Source of the DNA: Clostridia bacterium
GTDB taxonomy: Bacteria; Bacillota; Clostridia; TANB77; CAG-508
Assembly: GCA_017409455.1 (NCBI GenBank)
Contig: JAFQSS010000028.1
Span: 11,007 to 75,006, forward strand
Length of the DNA stretch: 64,000 bases
Reading direction: 5' to 3'
Below, piece by piece: positions 31,495 to 41,359 of the stretch. Within the stretch, counting starts at the first letter, position 1. Every line of letters begins with the position of its first letter. The notes beneath the pieces are model-generated. The model was not told where the DNA came from. It searched no databases and saw nothing but the letters and a program-made list of their open reading frames with translations. The position numbers and the translations under genes were made by a program.

Positions 31495-33168
31495 TTAAAA
31501 ATGTTTACCTTTTTTTCTTGGTTTTATATCATATTCTTCTACTTCAAAATTAGAATCATTTTCTTCATTTAGTCTACTTTTTGCAATTTCTTCTAAATAA
31601 TTTGCTTTTGCTTCATCTTTTTCTACAGCTTCTTCACTATTTGCCTCTTCTTCTGCAAGTTCTTGATGTTCTGCAATTGCTTTATCTAGTTCGTCTGCCC
31701 CTGGTAAATCTACTTTTTTTGTTTTTTTACTTTCTTTAGAAATATTTATTTTTAATATTATTGCACTTATTATAAGAATAATTAATACAACTATTAATAT
31801 TATTTTTATTATTTCTTCTTTTCCCCATGTTGATGGTTTTAACCAACTCATTTGTATTTCTTCTGGTACAACTGTTTTATTTACTATTATTTGATATGTA
31901 GCAACTTCTTCTGTTCCTTCATTTTTTACTAATATTGTTATTACATTTTCGCCTTCTTGTAAATTTTCATTTCCTACAATTTCAACTGTTGCGTTTTCAT
32001 CATTTGCTTTTGCAACTATTTGTAATGAAGTTAAATCTTGTTTTAAATCTAATGTATATTCATATGTTTCTACATCAAATTTTGGATTTAGAGTTAATCC
32101 TGTTACTGTTAATGTTGATAAACCAAACTTTTCTTCAATTACAGGTTGTTCTGGCTCTTCAGTTGCTTCTGCCTCTGTTCTAATTACATTTATTGAATAT
32201 GTTTTCTTTGTCCCATTTACTGCTATTACTACTATTTCTAAAGTACTTTCTCCTTCTTCTAATGTAATTATTCCTGTTCCCGTTATTTGTGCTTTTGAGT
32301 CTACCGCAGTTGCATATACTTCTATTTCATTTATATTTTCTGGTATTTGTACACTATATTCTGTTGTATCTTTATTAAATCCTTCAAAATCATATTTTTC
32401 TGGTTTTATACCTAAACTACTTAATCTTGCTTCTCCGTTTGCAGCTTCCTCTTCTGCTGCAGTTCTTCTTTTTATTGTTAATTTATATGTTTTTGTAGTA
32501 GTTCCATCTTCTGCTGTTACTTTTATTGAAAATTCATTGTTTCCTTCTTTTAATTGTACTTTTCCAACACCTTCTACTTTTGCATTTGAACCTTTAATTA
32601 CATCTGCATATATTTCAACTTCACTTACATCATTTGGAACTTCTGTAGTATATTTATATGTATCTTTTTTAAATCCTTTAAAATCATTTGGTTTTATTCC
32701 TAAATTACTTAATCTTGCTTCTGATGATTTTGTTACTGTTGCTGGTGGTGTAGTTGGAGTTGTTGGTGTTTCTGGTTGTGTCGGTGTTTCAATTTTAGAT
32801 ACTTTTACTGTTATTGTTTTATCAACTTTTGTTGTTGTTCCATTTTCATCTGTTACAGTTCCTGTCATTGTTATTGTATAAGTACCTTCTTTTGATGTAT
32901 CTAAGTTTATGCTTTTTGAAGTTGTCTTTTCACTTAAGTCTTCTGTATATCCTACATAAACCGCTTCTGTAATTCCATTTCCACTTACTTCTATATTCCA
33001 AGTAGCTCCAGTAAAACTAACATCAATTGTAACATTTTCTCCAACTTTAACATCATATGATGTAGCAGAAATATCATATCCAGCAGCATTTACAATATTG
33101 CTTCCTAATATCATGTATACTATCGTAAATACAAGTAATATTAATTTAATTTTTGTTTTTAGTTTCAT
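31495..33168 (-). CDS. cell-surface protein with cadherin-like beta-sandwich repeats, C-terminal TM and acidic tail
   Basis: 557 aa; signal peptide; three repeats starting ARLS(N/S)LGIKP...F..(D)T..Y; Pro/Thr linker; TM near residue 450. Confidence 0.7.
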   Translation of the reverse strand: MKLKTKIKLILLVFTIVYMILGSNIVNAAGYDISATSYDVKVGENVTIDVSFTGATWNIEVSGNGITEAVYVGYTEDLSEKTTSKSINLDTSKEGTYTITMTGTVTDENGTTTKVDKTITVKVSKIETPTQPETPTTPTTPPATVTKSSEARLSNLGIKPNDFKGFKKDTYKYTTEVPNDVSEVEIYADVIKGSNAKVEGVGKVQLKEGNNEFSIKVTAEDGTTTKTYKLTIKRRTAAEEEAANGEARLSSLGIKPEKYDFEGFNKDTTEYSVQIPENINEIEVYATAVDSKAQITGTGIITLEEGESTLEIVVIAVNGTKKTYSINVIRTEAEATEEPEQPVIEEKFGLSTLTVTGLTLNPKFDVETYEYTLDLKQDLTSLQIVAKANDENATVEIVGNENLQEGENVITILVKNEGTEEVATYQIIVNKTVVPEEIQMSWLKPSTWGKEEIIKIILIVVLIILIISAIILKINISKESKKTKKVDLPGADELDKAIAEHQELAEEEANSEEAVEKDEAKANYLEEIAKSRLNEENDSNFEVEEYDIKPRKKGKHF

Positions 33169-33188
33169 TTAGTTCTTCTCCTCCTCTT

Positions 33189-34943
33189 TTATAAAGAAAA
33201 ATCTGTCTTCCTTAGTAAATATTTTTGTATAAAGAATAAATCCCCTGAATTTATTTCATTGTCATTGTTTACGTCACATGCTTTCAATGTAAATTCTTCG
33301 AATGTTGCCTTTTTTAATAAATATTTTTGTGTATAAAATAGATCTCCTGAATCTATTTCTCCATCCCCATTAACATCTCCAAGAACCACAACAGTATAAC
33401 TATCATTAATCACACAACCTGTTCCTAATTTGCTATCTGCTGATAAAACTTCGCCATTTGCATTTTTAACTATAATATCAGTAGTCATCAAATCAGTTAA
33501 ATCTTTAACTGTTACATTAGGTATAGTTGTTGTATTATTAGTTTCCATATCAATTTTAACTTTATCATTTTTTATAATAGTCGTACTAGCACTATCTTTT
33601 GAATCCTCTGCTTCTTCATTGTTAACAGGTACTAAATACAATTTATATGTACTTTCATTTTCATAAGTTTCACGAGCTGAATATCCTCTTGTTCCATCTG
33701 CTTTCATTATATAATCCCAATAAGTACCATCAACTTTAGTTGTAGCTTTTTCTAGTCTAGTAACAATTTCATCTTTGTATATACTTGATATTTTAGTTGC
33801 ATTTTTACCTGGTTGATCTCTTAAATATAAAGAATTTGTTACATTAATTCTTACAAGCTCTGTACTTGTAGGATTATTTGCACTTGTTGTTGATGGTCTG
33901 GCTGATGCTGTACTTGGCATGTTTTTGAATACAGGTATAATAAAAGTATATTCGCCTTCTAGACTCCCCATGTCTGCAAAAGTTTTTCTTAAAGTTTCTC
34001 CTTCTTTTTGAGCTGCTAATATATTTTGCATATATTGATGCCAATATAAATTCCCATCTGAATTATCTACATCAAATTTTTGTAGATATAAGGTATTTTG
34101 TCCTCTTGATATATAGCTTTTGGCTATTATTTGAGTTCCACCTATTATAGAACTTTCTAAAGTTGTCCAACCATTATCTTGAGCTTTTTTCAATCCATTT
34201 AATATTACTGTTTCTTTTCCATTTCCATTAGCTCCAATATTAAATACATTGTAAACCCCTATATATTGTCCATTATATCCTTGACCTTTTGATAATGTTG
34301 ATCCATCTCTTCCTTGTTCTTGAAATATTCTTGCAACTATGTAATATGGATTAACATTATGTGTTTGGGCAGCTTGTAGTATTGCATTTACACAAGAATC
34401 ACTACTTAAAAACGAATTCGCAACCATTGCTTTTAATGAATCTACATTACATTCGCTATATGATAATTCCATAAATTGAAATATGTCACTATTATTTAAT
34501 GAATTTCTAGCATCTATCATATAAGCAATTGCTGCTTCTGATGCACAATGCCAATTTCCACTATCATATGTTTTTCCTGCACCACATACAGAACATATCC
34601 ATTGTCCACCATAACTAGCATTATTTGCAGGAACTAAATTTCTTGGTGATGCACCATGTCCTACATATTCATTTGCAATAGCATCAGACCATGTGATATC
34701 TGTGTATAGTATTTTAAATTTCCAATTTGGATGTTGCGTTTGTAAAGATTGTATCATTTCTTTTATTTGTGGATATTGATTTAAATCTATTGAATTTATG
34801 TCTGTACTTGTTGTTTGAGTTACTGCAAAAGCAGTATTTCCACATATTAGATTTATAATTATATATGAAATTATTAGTATGAATATTGCTAATAATTTTT
34901 TAACATTTTTATTCACTTTTTTCACCTCTTTAGTTTTTTCCAT
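33189..34943 (-). CDS. secreted N-acetylglucosaminidase (GH73-like) with SH3b-like and dockerin-type repeats
   Basis: 584 aa; signal peptide; glucosaminidase core (YYIVARIFQEQG...YNVFNIGA...LYLQKFD); twin Ca-binding dockerin repeats GDVNGDGEIDSGDLFYTQKYLL / CDVNNDNEINSGDLFFIQKYLL. Confidence 0.75.
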   Translation of the reverse strand: MEKTKEVKKVNKNVKKLLAIFILIISYIIINLICGNTAFAVTQTTSTDINSIDLNQYPQIKEMIQSLQTQHPNWKFKILYTDITWSDAIANEYVGHGASPRNLVPANNASYGGQWICSVCGAGKTYDSGNWHCASEAAIAYMIDARNSLNNSDIFQFMELSYSECNVDSLKAMVANSFLSSDSCVNAILQAAQTHNVNPYYIVARIFQEQGRDGSTLSKGQGYNGQYIGVYNVFNIGANGNGKETVILNGLKKAQDNGWTTLESSIIGGTQIIAKSYISRGQNTLYLQKFDVDNSDGNLYWHQYMQNILAAQKEGETLRKTFADMGSLEGEYTFIIPVFKNMPSTASARPSTTSANNPTSTELVRINVTNSLYLRDQPGKNATKISSIYKDEIVTRLEKATTKVDGTYWDYIMKADGTRGYSARETYENESTYKLYLVPVNNEEAEDSKDSASTTIIKNDKVKIDMETNNTTTIPNVTVKDLTDLMTTDIIVKNANGEVLSADSKLGTGCVINDSYTVVVLGDVNGDGEIDSGDLFYTQKYLLKKATFEEFTLKACDVNNDNEINSGDLFFIQKYLLRKTDFSL

Positions 34944-35097
34944 TTTTTCTCATAATGTTCGACTTTAGTATATCATTTTTCTATGTTTTTAGTCAACCTT
35001 AGACAGTAATTTTTATATTACATTTATATTACAAAAAAATAACACCCCAGCTTCAAATAGCTGGGGCAGAAAAAACAAAATTAGTTTTTTCTTTTGG

Positions 35098-35397
35098 TTA
35101 CGGTTTATGCAGCCGTATAGGGTCCAAAGCAGATGTTTCTACATAGACAATGCTAACATTGGTATAATCAACAATGTACATTTTCCAGTAGCTTTTGTTA
35201 TTTACTCTAACAAATCTGGCATATAATTTTTTCCCTTTCAATTCGCTAAAGTCCAAAGTTCTCGCTTTTTGGCTGTCAGATACATCTGATAGTTTTATCC
35301 AAGATGCAATGACTCTACCCAAAGGTTCCACTTCATATAGGCCTGTTTCATTTTGAAACTCCAGCCAATTCTTGTGTTTTGTGCAAATATCTGCCAT
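35098..35397 (-). CDS. orphan GC-rich hypothetical protein (99 aa)
   Basis: AAGGAGG RBS; TTGACA-17-TATCAT promoter about 100 nt upstream; GC-clamped terminator ccccagc...gctgggg (35045..35066); visibly higher GC than its neighbours. Confidence 0.55.
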   Translation of the reverse strand: MADICTKHKNWLEFQNETGLYEVEPLGRVIASWIKLSDVSDSQKARTLDFSELKGKKLYARFVRVNNKSYWKMYIVDYTNVSIVYVETSALDPIRLHKP

Positions 35398-35566
35398 ATA
35401 GTTTCCTCCTTATATATTGCTTTTACTTGTTGCTTTGGCAAATACCGTAACCTTTCTATATTTTAATCTTAAATATGATAACATTTTTGTTTTTATTTGT
35501 CAATTATTTTATTATATTCTATATTTTTCAACATTTTTGTGCTATAATGTCTAAAAGGAGTTAATT

Positions 35567-37945
35567 ATGATAGAATTATTATCACCTGTTGGTGATTTCG
35601 AATGTTTAAAAGCCGCTGTACAAAATGGTGCAGATGCTGTATATTTTGGTGCAGGTTCTTTTAGTGCAAGAGCTTTTGCAACTAATTTTGATGATGAAGC
35701 TTTAGAAAAAGCTATCACTTATGCAAAGCTTAGAGGTGTAAAAACCAATTTAACTTTAAATACATTAATAAAAAATTCTGAAATGCGAAGTGCGATAGAA
35801 TTAGCAAAAAAAGCTTATGAATTTGGTATTGATGCTATTATTGTTCAAGACTTAGGTCTTGCTCGCTATTTAATTAAAAATTTTCCAGGATTATCTGTTC
35901 ACGCAAGTACTCAGATGTCTGTCCATAGCTTAGAAGGTGTACTTTCTTTACAGAAAATGGGATTTTCACGTGTAGTACTTTCTCGCGAACTTTCTTTACA
36001 AGAAATTGAATATATTTGTCAAAACTCTAATATTGAAATCGAAGTCTTTGTTCATGGTGCTTTATGTATTTCATATTCAGGTCAATGCCTATTTTCAAGT
36101 ATGGTAGGTGGACGTTCTGGAAATCGTGGTAAATGTGCACAGCCATGCAGGCTTCCATATGAATTATTAGAAAATGATAACATTATTGATAAAGGATATC
36201 TTTTAAGTCCTCGTGATTTATGTGGATTAGAATATCTACCAAATCTGGTTAATGCAGGTGTTTCTTGTTTAAAAATTGAAGGGAGAATGAAAACCCCTGA
36301 ATATGTTGCAACAGTTACAAGAATCTATCGTAAATATTTGGATTTGGCAATAGCAGGCCAAAATTTTAATATTGATGAAAAAGATAAAAAAGATTTATTA
36401 CAAGTTTTTAATCGTGGTGGATTTTCAACTGGTCATTTAACTAAAGAATCTAATACAGATTTAATTTATAAAAATAAATCTAATAATATGGGAATTTTTC
36501 TTGGAACAATTTCTAACTTTAATAATAATAAAGGACATATTTCTTTCTTAACAGCTGATACTGTTGGCATTGGTGATAAAATCAGTATTGAAAATAAGAA
36601 AAAAGAAACCGCAATTTATACAATTTCCGAATTAATGATTAATGATAAAAACGTACCACAAGCTTTTTCAGGAAACAAGATTAAAATCGGTAGAATGAAA
36701 GGAGATATTTCTGTTGGAGATAAAATTTATAAAATTTCTGACAAAGCATTATCATCTTCTGCCCTTGCCACTCTTGATAAAGAACTTCGAAAAGTTGAAA
36801 TAAATTGTAAAATGCTTGTAAAAAAAGATTTACCTGTTTCGCTTGAAATATCTGATACTAGTGGAGTTCATATATCAATTACTTCTGATATAATTCCTGT
36901 TCTTGCAGTTAATTCTCCAATTACCAAAGATAGATTAATTGCTCAAATTTCAAAAACAAATAATACACCATTTCAATTTAAAAACATTGAAATCGATTTA
37001 GATGATGGATTATTTATTCAAGGTATTAGTAGTATAAATGAGCTTAGACGTCAAGCATTATCACAATATGAAGAAAAACTAATTCAATCTTTTAAAAGGT
37101 TATCACCAGATATTGAATATATAAATTTAGTGGATAATCAAAAATTGAACGCTGATAAAAAAATTAGTGTTTTATTAAATATAATTAATAATGATTTTGA
37201 TTATACGAAGCTAAAAAACATTAATAATATATATATTCCTTTTAAATATTTTGTTTTAAAAGATTTTTCTAATACTATACAAATAATTTCACAAAACTTT
37301 GATACATATATTTATATGCCAACAATTATGAGAAATAATTATAAAAAATTAATATCTCAAAACTTAGATAACATATTAAATATATATAAAATTAAAGGCT
37401 TTGTAATTTCAAACATAGGGAATTTAGAATTATTAAAATCTTATGAAAATAATTATGAATTTATTTGTAATTATACTTTTAATATTTTCAATAATTTAAG
37501 TATCAATGAATTACCTTATGATATTATTACATTATCTCCTGAACTTAATAATCAGGATTTGCAAAATTTAGAATTAAGTAAATCTGAATTAATTGTTTAT
37601 GGCAGAACACCTTTAATGAATTCTAACTATTGTTTATTAGGCAAAACAAATAAGTGTTACTCATCTTGTCAACATTTGTGTAATACTTCTAAGAATAAAT
37701 ATTATTTAAAAGATAGGCTTGGATTTTTATTTAGAATTATTCCTGATAACTTAGATACAGTTACAACTATTTATAATAGTAAAATTACTTCTATTGAACA
37801 TACTGATATAAATACAAATTCTGTAAGACTTGATATTTTAGATGAAACTATTGATGAAATTAATCAGATTATCAGTATTGTAAAAACAGGGCAAAAACTT
37901 GAAGGCAAAGATTATACTAATGGCAATTTTAAAAAAGAAATCTAA
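35567..37945 (+). CDS. U32 family peptidase (long form)
   Basis: 792 aa; ELLSPVGDFECLKAAVQNGADAVYFG and the U32 core (E.FVHGALC.SYSGQC..S) with cysteine cluster. Confidence 0.85.
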   Translation: MIELLSPVGDFECLKAAVQNGADAVYFGAGSFSARAFATNFDDEALEKAITYAKLRGVKTNLTLNTLIKNSEMRSAIELAKKAYEFGIDAIIVQDLGLARYLIKNFPGLSVHASTQMSVHSLEGVLSLQKMGFSRVVLSRELSLQEIEYICQNSNIEIEVFVHGALCISYSGQCLFSSMVGGRSGNRGKCAQPCRLPYELLENDNIIDKGYLLSPRDLCGLEYLPNLVNAGVSCLKIEGRMKTPEYVATVTRIYRKYLDLAIAGQNFNIDEKDKKDLLQVFNRGGFSTGHLTKESNTDLIYKNKSNNMGIFLGTISNFNNNKGHISFLTADTVGIGDKISIENKKKETAIYTISELMINDKNVPQAFSGNKIKIGRMKGDISVGDKIYKISDKALSSSALATLDKELRKVEINCKMLVKKDLPVSLEISDTSGVHISITSDIIPVLAVNSPITKDRLIAQISKTNNTPFQFKNIEIDLDDGLFIQGISSINELRRQALSQYEEKLIQSFKRLSPDIEYINLVDNQKLNADKKISVLLNIINNDFDYTKLKNINNIYIPFKYFVLKDFSNTIQIISQNFDTYIYMPTIMRNNYKKLISQNLDNILNIYKIKGFVISNIGNLELLKSYENNYEFICNYTFNIFNNLSINELPYDIITLSPELNNQDLQNLELSKSELIVYGRTPLMNSNYCLLGKTNKCYSSCQHLCNTSKNKYYLKDRLGFLFRIIPDNLDTVTTIYNSKITSIEHTDINTNSVRLDILDETIDEINQIISIVKTGQKLEGKDYTNGNFKKEI

Positions 37946-38004
37946 AAAATTTGCATTTTGTCATATTTTGTAGTATAATGTATTTATCATAATATTTTGA
38001 AAGG

Positions 38005-38349
38005 ATGGCATACACTATGGCTCACAATCTCGTTTTAAACAATCCGCTCATTAGTTTGGAGGAAATCAACCCTGATGTTGTCGTTGATTACGACCATGAC
38101 AAGAATCGGTTCTATGTAACTTTTGTCGCAACCAATACCGGCTACCCTGTTGAACGTGGTCAGCTCGTTTCTGAAAACTTCAAATATGAGGATACCATCA
38201 TTTGTGAGATTCTTTCCCCAATCGATGAAACCCTCGAACTTGTCGCAGAGCGCCAATTCAATACAGAGCCCGAACTCGATGTTCTCTTCTCCGGAAAAGC
38301 ATACAACGAAGTTCACTCTATCTGGATGGCAAATTGTGATCTCTTCTAA
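38005..38349 (+). CDS. orphan GC-rich hypothetical protein (114 aa)
   Basis: TTGCAT-17-TATAAT promoter at about 37952..37980; GC-rich terminator ctcccgcc...ggcgggag (38359..38386); codon usage (ctc, ccg, gtc, cgc) unlike its neighbours. Confidence 0.55.
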   Translation: MAYTMAHNLVLNNPLISLEEINPDVVVDYDHDKNRFYVTFVATNTGYPVERGQLVSENFKYEDTIICEILSPIDETLELVAERQFNTEPELDVLFSGKAYNEVHSIWMANCDLF

Positions 38350-38390
38350 ACCATCCTGCTCCCGCCCTATTTATTAGTGGCGGGAGTCTT

Positions 38391-38657
38391 TTATTTTATC
38401 CAACAATTAATTTTAGTAAAATCAAAAAAATAGCTCCTGGTATCCCTAATAAACCGAACCAACACAGAAGTATATATATTAAGTCCTATATGAAATCCCC
38501 ATACTCCCCCAATCACGTTAATAATCCCAATAAGGATACCTCCTAATATTGAATTAAATACTAATTTTAAAATCCACTTAATTGGAACTATAAAAATTCT
38601 ACCAACAACAAATAATATACATATACAAGAAATAATTATCAGAGTATTAATATCCAC
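38391..38657 (-). pseudogene. bofA: bofA (pro-sigma-K processing inhibitor) with an apparent 1-nt frameshift near the 3' end
   Basis: The N-terminal 66 aa fit BofA (two TM helices, GGVWGFHIGLNIYTSVLV). The track frame then reads hydrophilic RFIRDTRSYFFDF... The +1 frame reads GLLGIPGAIFLILLKLIVG* (stop 38396..38398), which carries the conserved GIPG motif. Confidence 0.55.
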
Positions 38658-38725
38658 TTTATCACCTCTAGAAACATATTATTACTACTATTTCTATGTT
38701 AATAATTGGACAAATATTCCTTGTT

Positions 38726-39013
38726 TTACCCAGCCAAATTATTTTCTCTATCCATTCTTGTTTTTAATTCATTTACTCTACTAAGTACAAATCCTTTTCG
38801 TTTTGCAATTTTTATCAAATAATCTAATTTAGCTTGGTGTGCTTTTATTTGATAAGTATAATAATCAATTAAATCATCTTCTGCATAATCAAAATTACAT
38901 ATTGCCACTTTTAGCATTTCTTTAGTCTCAATAATTGTTTGCATAAATTCTCTTTCTTTTTCTTTATCAGTCTTCCCTTTTATCATTTTCTCTAACAAAT
39001 ATTCTTCTTGCAT
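38726..39013 (-). CDS. DUF2508 (YaaL-like) protein
   Basis: GGAGAGGAG RBS before MQEEYLLEK; NFDYAEDDLIDYYTYQIKAHQAKLDYLIKIAKRKG fits the YaaL family; adjacent to bofA as in Bacillus. Confidence 0.65.
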   Translation of the reverse strand: MQEEYLLEKMIKGKTDKEKEREFMQTIIETKEMLKVAICNFDYAEDDLIDYYTYQIKAHQAKLDYLIKIAKRKGFVLSRVNELKTRMDRENNLAG

Positions 39014-39142
39014 AACAGTACTCCTCTCCTGATTTAGTACTATTATATGCAATTATTAACAAATTATGTAATTTTTATTGATATTTCCACATTTTTATTA
39101 TATAATGTGTTCATTGAATTGTAAATAAAAGGAGCGATATAA

Positions 39143-40429
39143 ATGATAGATATTAAATTAATCAGAGAAAATTCAGAATTAGTTAAAGAAAATATGAAGA
39201 AAAAGTTTCAAGACCATAAACTAGTATTAGTTGATGAAGTTTTAGAATTAGACAAAAAAAATAGAGAAGCAAAATTAAATGGAGATAACTTAAGATCAGA
39301 AAGAAAAAAATTAAGTGAGCAAATCGGAAATCTTATGAGAACTGGTCAAAAAGATGAAGCCGAAAAAATCAAAAATGAAGTACAAAAGGTTAATGATGCC
39401 CTACTTGAAAATGAAGCTTTAGAAGAAAAATATTCTGAAGAAATCAAAACTAGAATGATGAAAATTCCAAATATAATTGACGACTCTGTTCCTATCGGAA
39501 AAGATGATAGCGAAAATGTTGAAGTTGCAAAATTTGGTGAACCTGTTGTTCCAGCTTATGAAATCCCTCACCATGCAGATATAATTGCAAAATTTGATGG
39601 ATTAGACAAAGAAAGTGCTGGTAGAACAAGTGGTGTTGGATTCTATTATTTAGTTGGTGATATTGCAAGATTACATGAAGCAATGCTTGCATATGCTCGT
39701 GATTTCATGATTGACAACGGATTTACTTATTGTATCCCACCTTTTATGATAAGAAGTGATGTTGTAACAGGAGTTATGTCTTTTGATGAAATGGAAGCTA
39801 TGATGTACAAAATCGAAGGTGAAGATTTATATTTAATTGGAACTTCTGAACATAGTATGATTGGTAGATTCCAAGGTCAAATGGTTGATGAAGCTAAATT
39901 ACCTATTACATTAACTTCATATTCTCCATGTTTTAGAAAAGAAATTGGTTCACATGGACTTGAAGAAAGAGGATTATATAGAGTACATCAATTTGAAAAA
40001 CAAGAAATGATTGTCCTTTGTAAACCTGAAGATTCTATGGATTGGTATAATAAAATGAAAAATATGTCTATAAAATTATTCCAAAACTTAGATATTCCAG
40101 TTAGACAACTTGATTGTTGTAGTGGTGATATGGCAGATTTAAAAGTTAAATCTTGTGATATTGAAGCTTGGAGCCCTCGTCAACAAAAATATTTTGAAGT
40201 TTGTTCATGTTCTACATTAGGAGATGCTCAAGCTAGACGTTTAGGCATCAGATATAAAACTAAAGAAGGAAATAAATTTGTACATACTTTAAATAATACA
40301 GTTTTAGCAACACCAAGAGCTTTAATAGCTTTATTAGAATGTAATTACAATGAAGATGGAAGTGTAAATATTCCAAAAGTTTTACAACCTTATATGGGTG
40401 GAAAAGAAAAACTACTTCCATTAAAATAG
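39143..40429 (+). CDS. serS: serine--tRNA ligase
   Basis: 428 aa; N-terminal coiled-coil arm and class II motifs (FRKE.GSHG, YRVHQFEK.E, GDAQARR). Confidence 0.95.
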   Translation: MIDIKLIRENSELVKENMKKKFQDHKLVLVDEVLELDKKNREAKLNGDNLRSERKKLSEQIGNLMRTGQKDEAEKIKNEVQKVNDALLENEALEEKYSEEIKTRMMKIPNIIDDSVPIGKDDSENVEVAKFGEPVVPAYEIPHHADIIAKFDGLDKESAGRTSGVGFYYLVGDIARLHEAMLAYARDFMIDNGFTYCIPPFMIRSDVVTGVMSFDEMEAMMYKIEGEDLYLIGTSEHSMIGRFQGQMVDEAKLPITLTSYSPCFRKEIGSHGLEERGLYRVHQFEKQEMIVLCKPEDSMDWYNKMKNMSIKLFQNLDIPVRQLDCCSGDMADLKVKSCDIEAWSPRQQKYFEVCSCSTLGDAQARRLGIRYKTKEGNKFVHTLNNTVLATPRALIALLECNYNEDGSVNIPKVLQPYMGGKEKLLPLK

Positions 40430-40453
40430 AAAAAGGGACCTGGTCCCTTTTTT
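40430..40453. repeat. type-1 palindromic repeat (AAAAAGGGACCTGGTCCCTTTTT)
   Basis: Perfect palindrome starting directly after the serS stop codon. Confidence 0.9.
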
Positions 40454-40471
40454 ATGAAAGGAATTAATATT

Positions 40472-41053
40472 ATGATAATTAAAAATCCACAATTTGAAGT
40501 TTCAGCTGTTAGAGAAAATCAATATCCAAAAAATGGTTTACCAGAAGTTGTTTTAGTTGGAAAATCTAATGTTGGAAAATCAAGTTTTGTTAATACAATG
40601 ATTAATAGAAAAAAATTGGCTCGTACTAGTAGTGAGCCTGGAAAAACTCGTCAGCTTAATTTTTATAATATGGATAATTTGTTTTATTTTGTTGATTTGC
40701 CTGGCTATGGATATAGCAAGATGTCTAAACAAGAACAAGTTAAAGTTGGAGAGTTTATTGAACATTATTTAGCTCATAGAAAGGAAATTTGTCTTATTAT
40801 CTTTTTAGTTGATATTAGACATGACCCTACTTCAAACGATTTCTTAATGTATGATTATGTTATTAGAAGTGGTTTGCCTTGTATTATTTTAACCAATAAA
40901 GCTGACAAAATTGCAAAAACAAAAGTTGATGACGCAACTAAAAATATTCAAAAACAGTTAAATCCTATTGGCGACATCCCTACTCTTCCATTTTCTTCTG
41001 AAAGGAAAGTCTATAGTGACGCTGTTTGGGAAATAATTAAACAATACATTTAA
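40472..41053 (+). CDS. engB: ribosome biogenesis GTP-binding protein YsxC/EngB
   Basis: GKSNVGKSSFVN (G1), DLPGYGY (G3), TNKADK (G4). Confidence 0.9.
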   Translation: MIIKNPQFEVSAVRENQYPKNGLPEVVLVGKSNVGKSSFVNTMINRKKLARTSSEPGKTRQLNFYNMDNLFYFVDLPGYGYSKMSKQEQVKVGEFIEHYLAHRKEICLIIFLVDIRHDPTSNDFLMYDYVIRSGLPCIILTNKADKIAKTKVDDATKNIQKQLNPIGDIPTLPFSSERKVYSDAVWEIIKQYI

Positions 41054-41139
41054 AAATTATCAGGGACAGACACATTTGCATCCAATTCCTTTGGAATTTG
41101 GAAACAAATAGCATCTGTCCCTTCTTCTCTTTTCACTTT

Positions 41140-41313
41140 TTACATTTTTTTAGTTATCATTTTAAGTGCTTTAGGTCGTTCAAGAACAACAATATGTCCA
41201 CAACCTTGGCACTTTAATTTAAAGTCAACACCAACACGTGTGATTTCCCACAACTTGCTTCCACAAGGATGTGTCTTTTTAGTTTTTACAATATCTCCTA
41301 TGTTGTATTCCAT
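41140..41313 (-). CDS. DUF951-family small protein
   Basis: GGGAGG RBS before MEYNIGDIV; HPCGS..WEI.R.G.D..LKC..CGH matches DUF951. The track ORF's extra 17 N-terminal residues come from reading through the repeat. Confidence 0.75.
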   Translation of the reverse strand: MEYNIGDIVKTKKTHPCGSKLWEITRVGVDFKLKCQGCGHIVVLERPKALKMITKKM

Positions 41314-41335
41314 ATTGCCTCCCTTCGTCTTAGGA

Positions 41336-41359
41336 GAAAAAGGGACCTGGTCCTTTTTA
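41336..41359. repeat. type-1 palindromic repeat
   Basis: gaaaaagggacctggtccttttta; overlaps the gltX stop codon (41357..41359). Confidence 0.85.

Noticed and set aside
38035-38377. Track ORFs 38035..38316 (-) and 38123..38377 (+) overlapping the GC-rich orphan gene
   Set aside because: Alternative frames of the same GC-rich segment. Only 38005..38349 is preceded by a promoter/RBS and followed by the terminator.
39053-39142. T-box upstream of serS, and likewise upstream of gltX at 43007..43052
   Set aside because: The spacers are only ~90 nt and ~46 nt and lack the GGTGGTACCGCG box, so they are too short for a T-box leader.
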